Assembly (NCBI GenBank): GCA_036339465.1
Contig: JAYZAY010000011.1
Span: 1-64,000, forward strand
From: Myxococcota bacterium
GTDB taxonomy: Bacteria > Myxococcota > XYA12-FULL-58-9 > JABJBS01
Direction: 5' to 3'
Length of the DNA stretch: 64,000 nucleotides
Position 1 is the stretch's first letter; each line of letters starts with the position of its first letter. The notes beneath the pieces were generated by a model. It was given only the letters and a program-made list of their open reading frames with translations. It was not told the DNA's origin and did not search any database. Shown piece after piece: positions 19,281 to 29,703 of the stretch. A program made the position numbers and the translations under genes.

Positions 19281-21485
19281 TTATAACCGGAAGCTTTTGA
19301 AGCCATCGGTTACAATGCGTGATTGTTCGGTACTTTGCTCGATTGAGAGAGAAAGCCTATCTGCGCTGGAGTGAGCCAAGTCCGAAAGTTTTCTGAGTCT
19401 TTCAATTGCTTCTGACGTACTTTCCTGGTTCCTCATTTGCTCGGAGTTGAAATTGTCAATTCGACGGATTTGTTGAGAAATGCCACCAAGGCCCAGGATT
19501 GCATCTTGCATGTCCGCCATTTGGCGCTTGGTTGATGCGACCATGCGACTTAGTTGAATCCTTGTGGTTCGGATTGAGGATTCGAGGTCGCGGCTTTCCA
19601 CTTTTTGCGCGCGGACGGTAGCTTTAATTTGGGTGGTGGAAGATAGCATCTCTTTCAGCGCATTATTGATCTGTCGCGTTCCTTGGGCCTGCCGGGATGT
19701 GGTGTGGGATATCTCTTCTACCTGCTGTCCCATTTGATGGGTGGAGGCCACAATCTGGGTGGCGATTCCGCCCGCGATTTCGGCGCGTTTTACTGACGAA
19801 TTAACGGCCCGAATACCACGCTCCACAATCTGGAGGGCTTGGTCAGAGCCATCTTTTACTTCTCGAATGATTTTTGAGATTTCCCTGGTTGAACCGGCTG
19901 TTCGTGTGGCCAAGTCTTTAATCTCATCGGCAACGATCATGAACCCTCTCCCGGTTTCTCCTGAGTGAGAGGCAATAATTGACGCATTCAAGGAGAGTAA
20001 CCTCGTTCGATTGGAAATATCGTCAATGACTTCGAGAATATGTTCAATAGAGGATGTCTTTTCGGACAAAAAGCGAATGGAGCTTGCTGACTCGTCTGCG
20101 TTTACACTAATTTTCTGGATCGAAGCCAAGGATTCCCGGAATGCACTGACCCCTGTTTCTGCTTGGATTGTAGCATCTGTGGACATCTTGAGCGCTTCAT
20201 TGGTACTGGCCTCAATATTTCTAATATTGTCGGTGATTTCGGTCGATATTCTAGTGGTGGATCTGGTACTTTCGGTGAGATTACTAACCGAGCGGTCGGC
20301 TTCGTTATGACTCGCGATCTTGTCTTCGACCCTTCGTCGGGATTGATCCACATTCTTGGTGAGTAGTTGCATAGAAGCCAGAAAGTTTTCGATGAACTTC
20401 TGAGTTGCTTGTATTTTGAGGGTGGTATCGTTTAGGGAGCGCATGCTTTCCCTTGCTTGGTTTTGAATCAAGTGCGCGTTTTCGGACAAAGCATCGAAGT
20501 TAACAACGGTTTGACGGACCGCATGTGATTGGTCGATTGCGTCTGCGGTAATTTTACTGGATGAATCCAGAACGTGTTTTGAAGCCGTATCGAAATCCCG
20601 GCTGGCAAGTTGGGTGGTTACGATGGTTTTGGTTAGATTCTTACGAATTGTATTGAGTGCTTGTCCAATGTTATCAACAGTTTTGTCACCTTGGGAGATA
20701 AAGGGGTGTGTTAAGTCTCCTGTGGCCAGATTTAATGCGTAGTCTCGTAATGAGTTTATTCGGTTCGACTGTTGCTTTGTTGAAATAAGAATCATTGCTC
20801 CCATGAGTCCGAGGCAAAGTGAAAGCCACAGGAAAAGTCCCCATCTTGTGTGTTCGCGGAAAGTGAGTAGGGTGTCGGGAGCGAAGCGCGCGAGGATTTG
20901 AGCTTCATGGATTTCGATAGATGTTTTGTGCGTTTTGGTTTTTGTTGGGGAAGTCTTTGGAGTTTTAGTTTGCGTGTCTTGTCGCTCAGCATTTTTTTGG
21001 TTTTCACCTTTGTCTTCTTCTCGGACGGAAGGTGATTTTTTAGGGGCGACTCCAGTTCTAATGAGTACATGCATTTTTTGAGTCAGGGGGTTTGTTCTAG
21101 AGCCCAGCCGCTTTTTTTCTGTAAAGATGTTCAACAATTCTTGTCGTACTTCAGGGTCGGTCAAGTCTGTTTCCGAGTTGACCGATGGTGATAAATACCA
21201 GCCAAGGATTTTGGAATTCGCGTCGGTGAGGAGAAAATATTCGAGGCCGGCATCCGAGCTAATCATTTTTTTAAGCAGGGAGTTTATCGCCTCGTGGTCC
21301 CGGTTCTGAAAGGCCTCGCCGATTTCAGAATGGCTTTGTAATGATTGACCAAGCACCGCAACTTGTTGTTTGGATAGATTTTCTATGGATTTATCGAGTC
21401 GGTTTAGGATGAAAAACCAGCCGACTAAACCGCTTACGATACAAATAGCCACGGTCGACAATAGGAGTTGAAGACGAAGTCTCAT
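19281..21485 (-). CDS. Methyl-accepting chemotaxis protein
   Basis: Two TM helices, HAMP (LATGDLT), signalling hairpin ISNRTRLLSLNASIIASHSGETGRGFMIVADEIKDLA. Confidence 0.92.
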   Translation of the reverse strand: MRLRLQLLLSTVAICIVSGLVGWFFILNRLDKSIENLSKQQVAVLGQSLQSHSEIGEAFQNRDHEAINSLLKKMISSDAGLEYFLLTDANSKILGWYLSPSVNSETDLTDPEVRQELLNIFTEKKRLGSRTNPLTQKMHVLIRTGVAPKKSPSVREEDKGENQKNAERQDTQTKTPKTSPTKTKTHKTSIEIHEAQILARFAPDTLLTFREHTRWGLFLWLSLCLGLMGAMILISTKQQSNRINSLRDYALNLATGDLTHPFISQGDKTVDNIGQALNTIRKNLTKTIVTTQLASRDFDTASKHVLDSSSKITADAIDQSHAVRQTVVNFDALSENAHLIQNQARESMRSLNDTTLKIQATQKFIENFLASMQLLTKNVDQSRRRVEDKIASHNEADRSVSNLTESTRSTTRISTEITDNIRNIEASTNEALKMSTDATIQAETGVSAFRESLASIQKISVNADESASSIRFLSEKTSSIEHILEVIDDISNRTRLLSLNASIIASHSGETGRGFMIVADEIKDLATRTAGSTREISKIIREVKDGSDQALQIVERGIRAVNSSVKRAEIAGGIATQIVASTHQMGQQVEEISHTTSRQAQGTRQINNALKEMLSSTTQIKATVRAQKVESRDLESSIRTTRIQLSRMVASTKRQMADMQDAILGLGGISQQIRRIDNFNSEQMRNQESTSEAIERLRKLSDLAHSSADRLSLSIEQSTEQSRIVTDGFKSFRL

Positions 21486-21771
21486 GGCACATCCTTTTCG
21501 ACGAATTAAAGAATTAGAGCTTCTCTCTCATCATTTACTATCAGTTTTTCGAGGTATTTCCAAAACCGGATAGAAGATTGTTGGTTCAAGGGGGCAAGAA
21601 TTGTCGGTTTTTATCCTACACCTAGACAGGAATAACGGATGTTTTCCCAGGGGTTATCCATATGCTCAATCCTACAGTTTTCTCATTGGAGCGAAAAGAT
21701 TGTGGTGTTGATGGAGCCTTGAAAATCGGGAGATTGTTGTGGATTTTACCCGGTTTTATTTGCGCTAAGAA

Positions 21772-23475
21772 TTGAGTTACCCTAAGGAACACAAGATTGG
21801 AAAGGTTGTAAGTGTGAACAAAGGGCCAATAAAAACTAAAGTTCGTTCCGCGGTTCTCGTTCTTTTAGGAAGTTCGGGAGAAGTTTTGAAAAGCTTTTCA
21901 TTGTCTCGTCGTCCCTTGAGTTTGGGGAGGATGCCGTCCAATACCGTCCGATTGAACAGCTCAAAGGTCTCTAAATTTCATGCGACGATAGAACGCACAG
22001 AGAATGGCTATGAGATCACGGATGTGGGTAGTCGAAATGGTACGCTTGTCAATGGTGATAAGATCTCGAGAAAAATACTAGAGGCAGGTGATTCCATTTA
22101 TTTGGGCGACGTTGGTTTTAGATTTGAAGAGGAACAAGAAGAGAACTCTGTTTCTTGGATCCGGGGTGATGGGAATCGCTCAACTCAGGTCATTCATAAG
22201 ACTTCTGTTGAGTCTTTTTGGGATAGCTCTTTCACGACGAGTCGCTTGGAGGAAGCCTACACCCGTCTCAAAACTTCTTTAGAGGCGGTGCAGGATTTAC
22301 TTCAAATAACTGAAGTTTCGGAATTGTCGGAGAGGCTGCTCGCATTTACATTTGAGATTTTGGAAGCGGATGAGGGCGTGGTTTTAGTGCCCAATGCATC
22401 CGATGTCATGGAGGTTCAAGCCGTACGCTCTTTGCAAATGCGAGAGGAGGAAAAGGTTATCGTGAGTGACACGGTAGTAGAACAAGCGCTGAGAGAGAAG
22501 GTGGGGTTGGTTGTCGCTGATATAGCAGGGGATTCTATCTTCTCTGAAGCGAGGTCGCTGGTTTTATCGGGGGTGCGTTCGGTTATGTGTGTGCCGTTGG
22601 TGGCAAAGAACAAGCCCCTTGGTGTTCTCTATATTGCCAGTCATGCTAAGATAGCAGCATTTTCTGAAAGCGATTTAAATTTACTGACCGCCATTGGGCA
22701 TGGGGCAGCCATGGCGCTTGAAAATGTTTATATGACACAAAGACTGGCAAAGGAGTTGAGTCACCGGGAGCGATTGGGGAGGTTTCTATCTCCGGTTCTG
22801 TTGGAAGAAGTAATTTCCAAGCAAGTTGAATTGGAACGTGGTGGTGATGAGATGATGGTCACGGTCATGTTTGCAGATATCCGTGGTTTTACGTCACTGA
22901 CGGAGTCTACTCCAGCCACGGACATTGTTGAGCTTCTCAATGAGTATTTCGACAAGATGGTCGAAGTGATTTTTCAGTACAGAGGCATTCTGGATAAGTT
23001 TATTGGGGATGCCATTATGGCTGTGTGGGGCCCCCCCATGAGTAAAGGTGAGGATAGCGACCGGGCCATTGCTGCAGCCCAAGCGATGTTGGTTGAACTT
23101 CGAAGGCACAACCATGATAGAGCGGAAGCGGGTCTTGACGCAATTGGCGTGGGAATTGGTCTGGCGACTGGAATTTGTGTCTCTGGAACCATCGGTGCAC
23201 GCCGCCGAATGGAGTATACGGTGATTGGGGATGCTGTAAATTTGGCGGCTCGATTGTCGGGCTTGGCCAAAGCAGATGAAATTTTGTGTGATGGTGTGAC
23301 CGTTGAGCGGGTTGAGAATACGCTCAACATCAGGAACCGAAAGTCCTTGGATGTTAAAGGAAAGGCAGAGCCGGTTCAGGTTTATAGCCTGGACTGGGCT
23401 GCTTACAGGGGAGGTGTCGGCACGACGCCCTATATACTTCCAGGCTCAAAAAGTGGGGATCTCTCAAAATCATAG
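21772..23475 (+). CDS. FHA-GAF-class III adenylate cyclase
   Basis: FHA (LGR...VSKFHA...DVGSRNGT), GAF (RSVMCVPL...GVLY...FSESDL), cyclase MFADIRGFT, DKFIGDA, YTVIGDAVNLAARL; start may be GTG 21814. Confidence 0.92.
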   Translation: MSYPKEHKIGKVVSVNKGPIKTKVRSAVLVLLGSSGEVLKSFSLSRRPLSLGRMPSNTVRLNSSKVSKFHATIERTENGYEITDVGSRNGTLVNGDKISRKILEAGDSIYLGDVGFRFEEEQEENSVSWIRGDGNRSTQVIHKTSVESFWDSSFTTSRLEEAYTRLKTSLEAVQDLLQITEVSELSERLLAFTFEILEADEGVVLVPNASDVMEVQAVRSLQMREEEKVIVSDTVVEQALREKVGLVVADIAGDSIFSEARSLVLSGVRSVMCVPLVAKNKPLGVLYIASHAKIAAFSESDLNLLTAIGHGAAMALENVYMTQRLAKELSHRERLGRFLSPVLLEEVISKQVELERGGDEMMVTVMFADIRGFTSLTESTPATDIVELLNEYFDKMVEVIFQYRGILDKFIGDAIMAVWGPPMSKGEDSDRAIAAAQAMLVELRRHNHDRAEAGLDAIGVGIGLATGICVSGTIGARRRMEYTVIGDAVNLAARLSGLAKADEILCDGVTVERVENTLNIRNRKSLDVKGKAEPVQVYSLDWAAYRGGVGTTPYILPGSKSGDLSKS

Positions 23476-23477
23476 GG

Positions 23478-23517
23478 AGCTGAAACCTCCAGTATGGTTT
23501 ACTACCGAGTTTCAGCT
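23478..23517 (+). terminator. Stem-loop just downstream of the cyclase stop
   Basis: agctgaaac...gtttcagct 9-bp arms plus inner agta/tact pairing; no U-tract. Confidence 0.4.
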
Positions 23518-23917
23518 AGAGACCCAACCATAAAATCTTTACTGCTGCGATGGAGCTCAACCCAGTGGCCCGGGTACGAGAGACCCTTTCTGTTCAAGGG
23601 TAGCGGAGAAGGGTTCAAGGGTGGGATAGAGTATGGGGGCTCAGAACAATTGGAATAGGGCGGGGCGTAGGATCAGCAAACATTGGGGATATCTTCGAGT
23701 CGCAATGATTTTTGCCAGAGCGCCATGGTGATTTGTCTTGGTCCGATTTTGATTGGAAAATATTCTCCCAAAGTGCCCGTACTGCCATGGTATCGTTCTC
23801 TTCGTAGCACTTTGCTTTGGATGGTCGTTTTACCCATGAAGCATCTGATTACACGTTCACACCGACGCCTGCGCGCTTTGAAAAATGATGGATCGAAGTA
23901 AGTGGTAAGAAAAGAAG

Positions 23918-23993
23918 TGGAGCTGGCGATGGGACTTGAACCCGCAACCTACTGATTACAAATCAGTTGCTCTACCAATTGAGCTACGCCAGC
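23918..23993 (-). tRNA. tRNA-Thr (TGT)
   Basis: Reverse complement GCTGGCGTAGCTCAATTGGTAGAGCAACTGATTTGTAATCAGTAGGTTGCGGGTTCAAGTCCCATCGCCAGCTCCA: 76 nt cloverleaf, encoded CCA. Confidence 0.97.
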
Positions 23994-24390
23994 CCGCGAT
24001 TTCTTCAGACAACGCCGGATAAGTTATGACAAACCACCGACGCTCAACCTTCAACACACGCCTAATTTCGCGGAATTAGAACTAAGTGACTAAGATTAAA
24101 GGCTTTTATGCGAAGTTTTATGTTACTTGAGGACACAGAACCACGCACCTGAGGCAGGGTTATAGCTCGTTTTCGTGCGATTGAAAAGCCCTTAACTTAG
24201 ATTTTCTTGCCATTGAAACCAGAAGGTTCGCTTGGTTTGGATTACCGTCTTTCTAGCCAGAACCAATTTGATTGGTTTCGGAAGGGCAAAGTGACAAAAA
24301 CCTACATTGCGTGGTGACGCGTTGTAATGTCACACTTAAATTGGGGGGGGTGATTCCCTTCACCGGTCCTTACGAATACGGAGCGTACCA

Positions 24391-25983
24391 GTGTCTGCGC
24401 AGTTGAGTTCAGCTTGGGTAACAAAATGCCTTTTGGAGCAGTGTGAGAAAAATTCCTCCAGAACGGCGTTGTCGATCTTGAAGTTAGAAGACAACGGTTT
24501 GTGTTGGTCAGTGGATATCACCTTCGAGGCATTTCAAAAGAGGGTTCTACAGTTTAACCAGGGACTGCGAGTGGCCAATCTTGTCCCTGGGAGTAAGGTC
24601 ATTTTGGCGGCGAACCCAAGTCCGGAACTGTTTGCTTTTGCGGTAGCGGCTTTAATGATGGGGTTCGAGGTGCTCGTTTCTGATCGTGAGCTCAGTAGCG
24701 AGATGGTAAGAGTATGGGTGAGTTCAGAACAGCCGTCGGTGGTTGTTGCACCGGGTAGCGGTTATCGTTTTTGGTTCTTAGACGAAAATTTACGGGCAGT
24801 GCCCTTGAAATTGAGTGGTGACAAGGGAGGATTTTTGATTCGGTCTTTATCTGTTTTTGGGTCTGATTTGGAGGAGCCTAGCTTAGAAAATCGATTGTCG
24901 GATGAAAATGGTATTTCGATTGTCGGTGTCCAGAAAGACAGGGTTAAGTACCTCTATCGAAAACGCTATTCACAGCTCCACCAAGATGCGCGCAAGTTTT
25001 TCGACCTTTTCCCCGCCCACGAGAAGCAAGTCGATTTGACCGAATATCCGATTCAAGTGCTCATGAACTTAATGGTTGGAGCGTCCTCCCTTTATTGTTG
25101 GCGAGCTTCACAAACCGTTGAATCTAATGATTTTACCTTTTTGATTCCTTTTATCCGAGAGCATGGGGTTTCTTCGGTGACTGTGTCACCTGAATTCATG
25201 AAAAGGATAGCTTTGAATTTGAATTCGCGCAGAGAGAGTCTCGGGCGGGTGAGGCGGGTGGCTGTGGGAGGAACGCCGATGCCAAAGTATCTAAGCGCGG
25301 CGACCCGGACAGCATTTCCAAATGCGGAAGGTTTTTCGTTTTGTGAAATACCGGATGCGGGGCTCGTGGCCAGGGCTTCAATGAGAGACATTCGACAACT
25401 CAATAAGCCTGGCTATCTTGCTGGAAAACTAAGAAATTCTCGTTCCCTCAAGATCTTGGATATTCCGAGAGAAGTCACAGAACTTCGGGAAAAAGAGTTG
25501 GATTCCTTTAGCGTGAGGATAGGAGATGTGGGGGAGTTGGTGATTGAAGGAAATTCCCGTGAGGAATTGGTTGATTCGGGGGTTGGCTATTGTACTTCTT
25601 GGACTAGAACCGGCGAACTTGGTTATATGGATGATGATGGCTTTTTATGGTTGGTGGGGCGAACCGTCGACAACATCGTAAGAGCGGGACGTACGTTGCC
25701 GCCGTATCCCGCTGAAGCGAGGGTTGAGATCCTGCCGGAGGTGGCTCGGGCGGCACTGATTTCTTCGAGTTCCTATCCCGAGGGAGTGATCGTGATTGAA
25801 CCTAAACTGGGACTGCAAGCTTTGCCCGAGCATTCGATCGTGGAAGCCGTTTCATCAGCACTTGCTCTCTCTATTTATGAAGGTGTTCCAATTCGGCTTG
25901 TAAAAAAGATCCCACTTTGTGGGTATGGCGAAGCGAATGTGGATAGAAAAGCTCTGCAGGAAGAGGTTCGCGCGTTGGATTGA
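24391..25983 (+). CDS. Degenerate ANL-superfamily (AMP-binding, OleC-like) protein
   Basis: VAVGGTP, VGELVIEG, WTRTGELGYMDDDGFLWLVGR retained; P-loop and C-terminal Lys absent. Confidence 0.75.
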   Translation: MSAQLSSAWVTKCLLEQCEKNSSRTALSILKLEDNGLCWSVDITFEAFQKRVLQFNQGLRVANLVPGSKVILAANPSPELFAFAVAALMMGFEVLVSDRELSSEMVRVWVSSEQPSVVVAPGSGYRFWFLDENLRAVPLKLSGDKGGFLIRSLSVFGSDLEEPSLENRLSDENGISIVGVQKDRVKYLYRKRYSQLHQDARKFFDLFPAHEKQVDLTEYPIQVLMNLMVGASSLYCWRASQTVESNDFTFLIPFIREHGVSSVTVSPEFMKRIALNLNSRRESLGRVRRVAVGGTPMPKYLSAATRTAFPNAEGFSFCEIPDAGLVARASMRDIRQLNKPGYLAGKLRNSRSLKILDIPREVTELREKELDSFSVRIGDVGELVIEGNSREELVDSGVGYCTSWTRTGELGYMDDDGFLWLVGRTVDNIVRAGRTLPPYPAEARVEILPEVARAALISSSSYPEGVIVIEPKLGLQALPEHSIVEAVSSALALSIYEGVPIRLVKKIPLCGYGEANVDRKALQEEVRALD

Positions 25984-26029
25984 AAAGAGGGTCTGCATCG
26001 GATTTTATGGGACCAAACCTCCCTTGGCT

Positions 26030-26692
26030 TCAGCCTCCACCCCATCCTAGCCATGTTTCTCCATCTGGAGACTCTTCTCTTTTCCAGATCGGGACATCGA
26101 CTTTTATTTGTTCGATGGCCTCCCGTGAGGCTTTGAACGCATCGTCACGATGGGGGGTATTGACTTGAATGACGACGGAAACTTCTCCCACTGACAATTC
26201 TCCAATCCGGTGCCAGATCGATACTTGAGACTTGGGATATTTGGTTTCGAGAGACGCGGCAATTTTTTCCAATTGTTGCGCCGCCATTGGCATATAGGCT
26301 TCGTAGACAAGCCTAGACACGGTGTTCCCCTGGTTATGATTTCGCACGGTTCCCACAAAAAAAGCTGTGGCGCCGTGCTCCTCGGTTGCCCTAGGAACAA
26401 AGGCCTGGGGCGGGATCGGATTGTTTGTTAGAAGAGTTCGATGATTTCCCCCTTGCACGGGGGGGATCAATGCAATTTCGTCATTGGGCTGGAGTTCGGT
26501 TTCCAAGTTTGAAAATTCGAAATTAATCGCCCACCGAACCGTTTGGAGTCGAGCAATGAGTTTGGGATGTCTTTCCTTAATTTCATCGATCACTGTTTGA
26601 AGGGTGGGAGCTGGGTGGTTGATGTTTAAGACCTCTGAGCTACAGCCCGATTCCACCCTCGAACCACCCAAGTATACGACCGTAATATCCAT
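26030..26692 (-). CDS. moaX: Fused molybdopterin synthase MoaD-MoaE (MoaX-like)
   Basis: MoaD domain ending DEIALIPPVQGG (G81-G82 from ATG 26692), then MoaE motifs GATAFFVGTVRNHN, YEAY, HRIGEL, PHRDDAF, VPIWKRE. Confidence 0.9.
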   Translation of the reverse strand: MDITVVYLGGSRVESGCSSEVLNINHPAPTLQTVIDEIKERHPKLIARLQTVRWAINFEFSNLETELQPNDEIALIPPVQGGNHRTLLTNNPIPPQAFVPRATEEHGATAFFVGTVRNHNQGNTVSRLVYEAYMPMAAQQLEKIAASLETKYPKSQVSIWHRIGELSVGEVSVVIQVNTPHRDDAFKASREAIEQIKVDVPIWKREESPDGETWLGWGGG

Positions 26693-26814
26693 AAAGCAGC
26701 GTTGGAGCTTTAATCCTAGAATGTCAATGTCTTCGATGTAAACCAAGCCCCTAAGTACTTGGATTTTATGTTCAGGCGAGGTAGTCAGCCACTCAATCAA
26801 TAGGACAAGGCTTT

Positions 26815-28359
26815 ATGAAGAATTATTGGTTTTTCTGCTCTCTACTCTTTCTCTTTTCTTGTGAGCGTTCTGGAAGTGTTGCGATAACGCCCAAAGGTGA
26901 GGTTTTGGCAACTTCTAGAGTCAGTGGGGAAACCATTGAGCAGCCCAAGCTTGGTTTGTCTAAGGGCGATACTTCCGCTCAGGCAGAGCGGATGGAGCCG
27001 ACGCAAAAAAATGGGACTGGTGATTGGTTTGAACCGTATTCACATTACTACGGTGTTTATTTAAACGGCTCGAAGACAGGGTGGATGCAGGTCACGGGGA
27101 AAGAGAATCACGGGGTTATTGAGTTCAGTACGCTCATGGAGGCAAAGATTGGAGGTATGGGGCGCGTCTCTCAAGTGAATTTATCGGAGAAAAGAGCATA
27201 CAGCGGTTCTGGCAACCTACTCACTCGCCTTCATTTTGTTCAGTCGTCTTCGACAGGAAAAGTGGAAGTGAATGGATTTCGAGATACGGGTAAGTTTAAG
27301 CTCGAGATTTTAGCAGGTGGCAATAAGGTAGAGCGTTTTATGGAGGTTTGGGAAAAGGTTTCAGATATCCTGGATGTCCAAAGTCTTGTGAAGACGGGGA
27401 AAGTTGGAGACAGCATTGAAGTTTCCCATTTTGATGCATCATCCCAGAAAGAGTTTGTGGTTCAACACAGAGTCTTGGCCATGGAGCAAAAGCTTTTTGG
27501 GGGTATCGAAACATCGACGCTTAAAATCGAAACAAATTATCCTGCAATGCAGATTAAAGAGACGAGTTGGTACGACCGGTCAGGTAAACTTTTAGAAGCG
27601 AAGGTGGGTGGTTTTTTTGTGGCGCGTCTTGAGCCAGAAGAGGAGGCTAAGCGTCTCGATTATATTCAGGACCTTTTGGTTAGTTCAGTGGTGAAACCAC
27701 CCAGCCCTTTGACCGGTATCGAGCAACGAACTTCGATGAAACTGACAATGGGAGGATTTGGGAAACTATTGCCGCCCGAAAGCCCACGGCAAAAAGTGAA
27801 ATCCCATGGCGATACACTTAGCGTGGAGTTGCAAGTTGATGATGCCTTGCCTGTCATCAAGTTGCCGATTCAAGGAGGCCCACAGACAGCTTTGGAAGCG
27901 ACCCCTTTTATTCAATCCAACCATCCAAACCTGAAATCGAAGGCGGAAGCGGTCACTTCAAAGGCAGCAACTCTACCAACCGCAGTGGAGCTTCTTGTTC
28001 GTTTTGTTTATTCACATGTTCAGGATGAATATGTGCCTGCTTTTTCCAATGCTCTCGAAGCACTTGAGAGTGGTAAAGGTGATTGTACGGAACACAGTAT
28101 TCTCTTTGTGGCAATGGCCCGAGCTATCGGCATTCCTGCGAGAATGGCGGTTGGTGTGGCGTATTGGCCACCAGGCCAGGGTTTTGGGTGGCATGCGTGG
28201 GCGGAGGTTTGGGCAAATGGCCAGTGGTATGCTGTTGATCCTACGTGGAATCAAGTGAACGCTGATGTGTCTCATATTAAGCTCGCGGAGGGAGCTCCAT
28301 ACCAGCAGGCAAGAATTGTCATGTTACTCGGAAAGCTATCCATTGAAAATGCGGAGTAA
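26815..28359 (+). CDS. Transglutaminase-like (Cys-His-Asp) lipoprotein
   Basis: Lipobox LFSC; catalytic triad motifs GDCTEHS, WHAWAEV, VDPTWNQ. Confidence 0.88.
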   Translation: MKNYWFFCSLLFLFSCERSGSVAITPKGEVLATSRVSGETIEQPKLGLSKGDTSAQAERMEPTQKNGTGDWFEPYSHYYGVYLNGSKTGWMQVTGKENHGVIEFSTLMEAKIGGMGRVSQVNLSEKRAYSGSGNLLTRLHFVQSSSTGKVEVNGFRDTGKFKLEILAGGNKVERFMEVWEKVSDILDVQSLVKTGKVGDSIEVSHFDASSQKEFVVQHRVLAMEQKLFGGIETSTLKIETNYPAMQIKETSWYDRSGKLLEAKVGGFFVARLEPEEEAKRLDYIQDLLVSSVVKPPSPLTGIEQRTSMKLTMGGFGKLLPPESPRQKVKSHGDTLSVELQVDDALPVIKLPIQGGPQTALEATPFIQSNHPNLKSKAEAVTSKAATLPTAVELLVRFVYSHVQDEYVPAFSNALEALESGKGDCTEHSILFVAMARAIGIPARMAVGVAYWPPGQGFGWHAWAEVWANGQWYAVDPTWNQVNADVSHIKLAEGAPYQQARIVMLLGKLSIENAE

Positions 28360-29542
28360 TTCGACACCGTCTGAGGAGTTTGGCCTTTATCTGCATATCC
28401 CTTATTGCCGGACTATCTGTCCATACTGTGATTTCAATGTTTATCAATCCAACTGCATACCTTGGAACGAACTCAGTGCGGCAATGATTCGCAACGCCTG
28501 GGCGTATCAGGAAATGTTTCATGGCCGTGTGCTCTCTACGCTCTATCTTGGCGGTGGTACACCTTCTCTGGCGTCTCCTGATTGGGTGCAAAGTCTTCTC
28601 GAAGGCCTCGCGGAAATCATGCCCTTTTCTTCAGGTCTTGAGATTACCCTGGAAGCGAACCCGGGTACGCTTAGTGAGGATAAGTTGGTAGGGTACCGCT
28701 TGGCTGGAATTAATCGCCTTAGTTTAGGCTGGCAATCTTCTCGTTCTTCTCAGCTCCATATCCTTGGTCGTGATCATGATGGTTTTGAGAGTCGTGAATC
28801 TTTTGAAATGGCGAGGAAGGTTGGATTTGACAATGTTAATATCGATCTAATCTTTGGTGTACCGGGCCAAGCGCTAAAAGATCTAGGACACGATTTGGCC
28901 GAGATAGAGGTTCTTTGCCCCGAGCATGTTTCTCTTTACGAGTTGACGTTTCATGAAGGAACTCCCTTTGCATCGTTTCTCAAACGAGGGCGAATGACTC
29001 GAATGGATGAAGAATTACTTCTAGCGATGACCGAAGAAATAGAAGGCCGATTGAGCCTCTCTGGCTATGAGCACTACGAAGTGTCCAATTTCGCTCAACC
29101 GGGCCGCCGGTCTAAGCACAACAGTAGCTACTGGAATGGTGTTCCCTATTTGGGACTCGGTCCAGGAGCCCACAGCTTTTTTGTGGTCAAAGGTCAATCA
29201 GGCAAGCGTTGGGAGAATCTTCGGCGACCGGAGAAGTATATTGAGGCGTGGGCCGGATCGACCACGGGCATTGTGGCGTATGAGGCCGAGACTTTTCCTG
29301 GGGTTTCTTGGGTCGAATCCCTAACCCCTCAGCAACTTTTGCAGGAACGGATGATGACCGGACTGCGTTGTGCCAATGGGGTAGATCTGGACAGGCTATG
29401 GAAAGAGGGTTGGGGGAGGCCTGAACTTTGTCGCATCGAAATGGCCATCAAGAAGGGGTGGTTGATAAAGTCAGGTTCGTTGGTTCAACCGACCAAGGAA
29501 GGAATGAAGTTGGCAGATTCACTCGCCGCATTGTTTTTTTGA
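28349..29542 (+). CDS. hemW: Radical SAM heme chaperone HemW
   Basis: YLHIPYCRTICPYCDFN, GGGTPS, EANP, YEVSNF, HNSSYW; ATG 28349 overlaps the end of the upstream gene. Confidence 0.92.
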   Translation: MRSNSTPSEEFGLYLHIPYCRTICPYCDFNVYQSNCIPWNELSAAMIRNAWAYQEMFHGRVLSTLYLGGGTPSLASPDWVQSLLEGLAEIMPFSSGLEITLEANPGTLSEDKLVGYRLAGINRLSLGWQSSRSSQLHILGRDHDGFESRESFEMARKVGFDNVNIDLIFGVPGQALKDLGHDLAEIEVLCPEHVSLYELTFHEGTPFASFLKRGRMTRMDEELLLAMTEEIEGRLSLSGYEHYEVSNFAQPGRRSKHNSSYWNGVPYLGLGPGAHSFFVVKGQSGKRWENLRRPEKYIEAWAGSTTGIVAYEAETFPGVSWVESLTPQQLLQERMMTGLRCANGVDLDRLWKEGWGRPELCRIEMAIKKGWLIKSGSLVQPTKEGMKLADSLAALFF

Positions 29543-29703
29543 TGCGACGCCGCTGGTGGATTTTGCTGGTGGATTTTCAGATTCACAACCTTTTTCGTGG
29601 AATCGGCGCAGAAGCAGCCTATGAATGTGCCTTGATGATGGCGGAGGCGGAGCGTGGTTTGCTCTTTGTTCTCTTGCAAAGCTAGAGAAGACGGGGACGC
29701 AAA

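Noticed and set aside
23518..23917. Integrated element or att site at the 3' end of tRNA-Thr
   Set aside because: No integrase and no duplicated tRNA 3' end seen; the short ORFs here have no recognisable motifs
29542..29685. 47-aa ORF coupled to the hemW stop by a TGATG overlap
   Set aside because: No recognisable features or RBS; could be chance, so not called without homology
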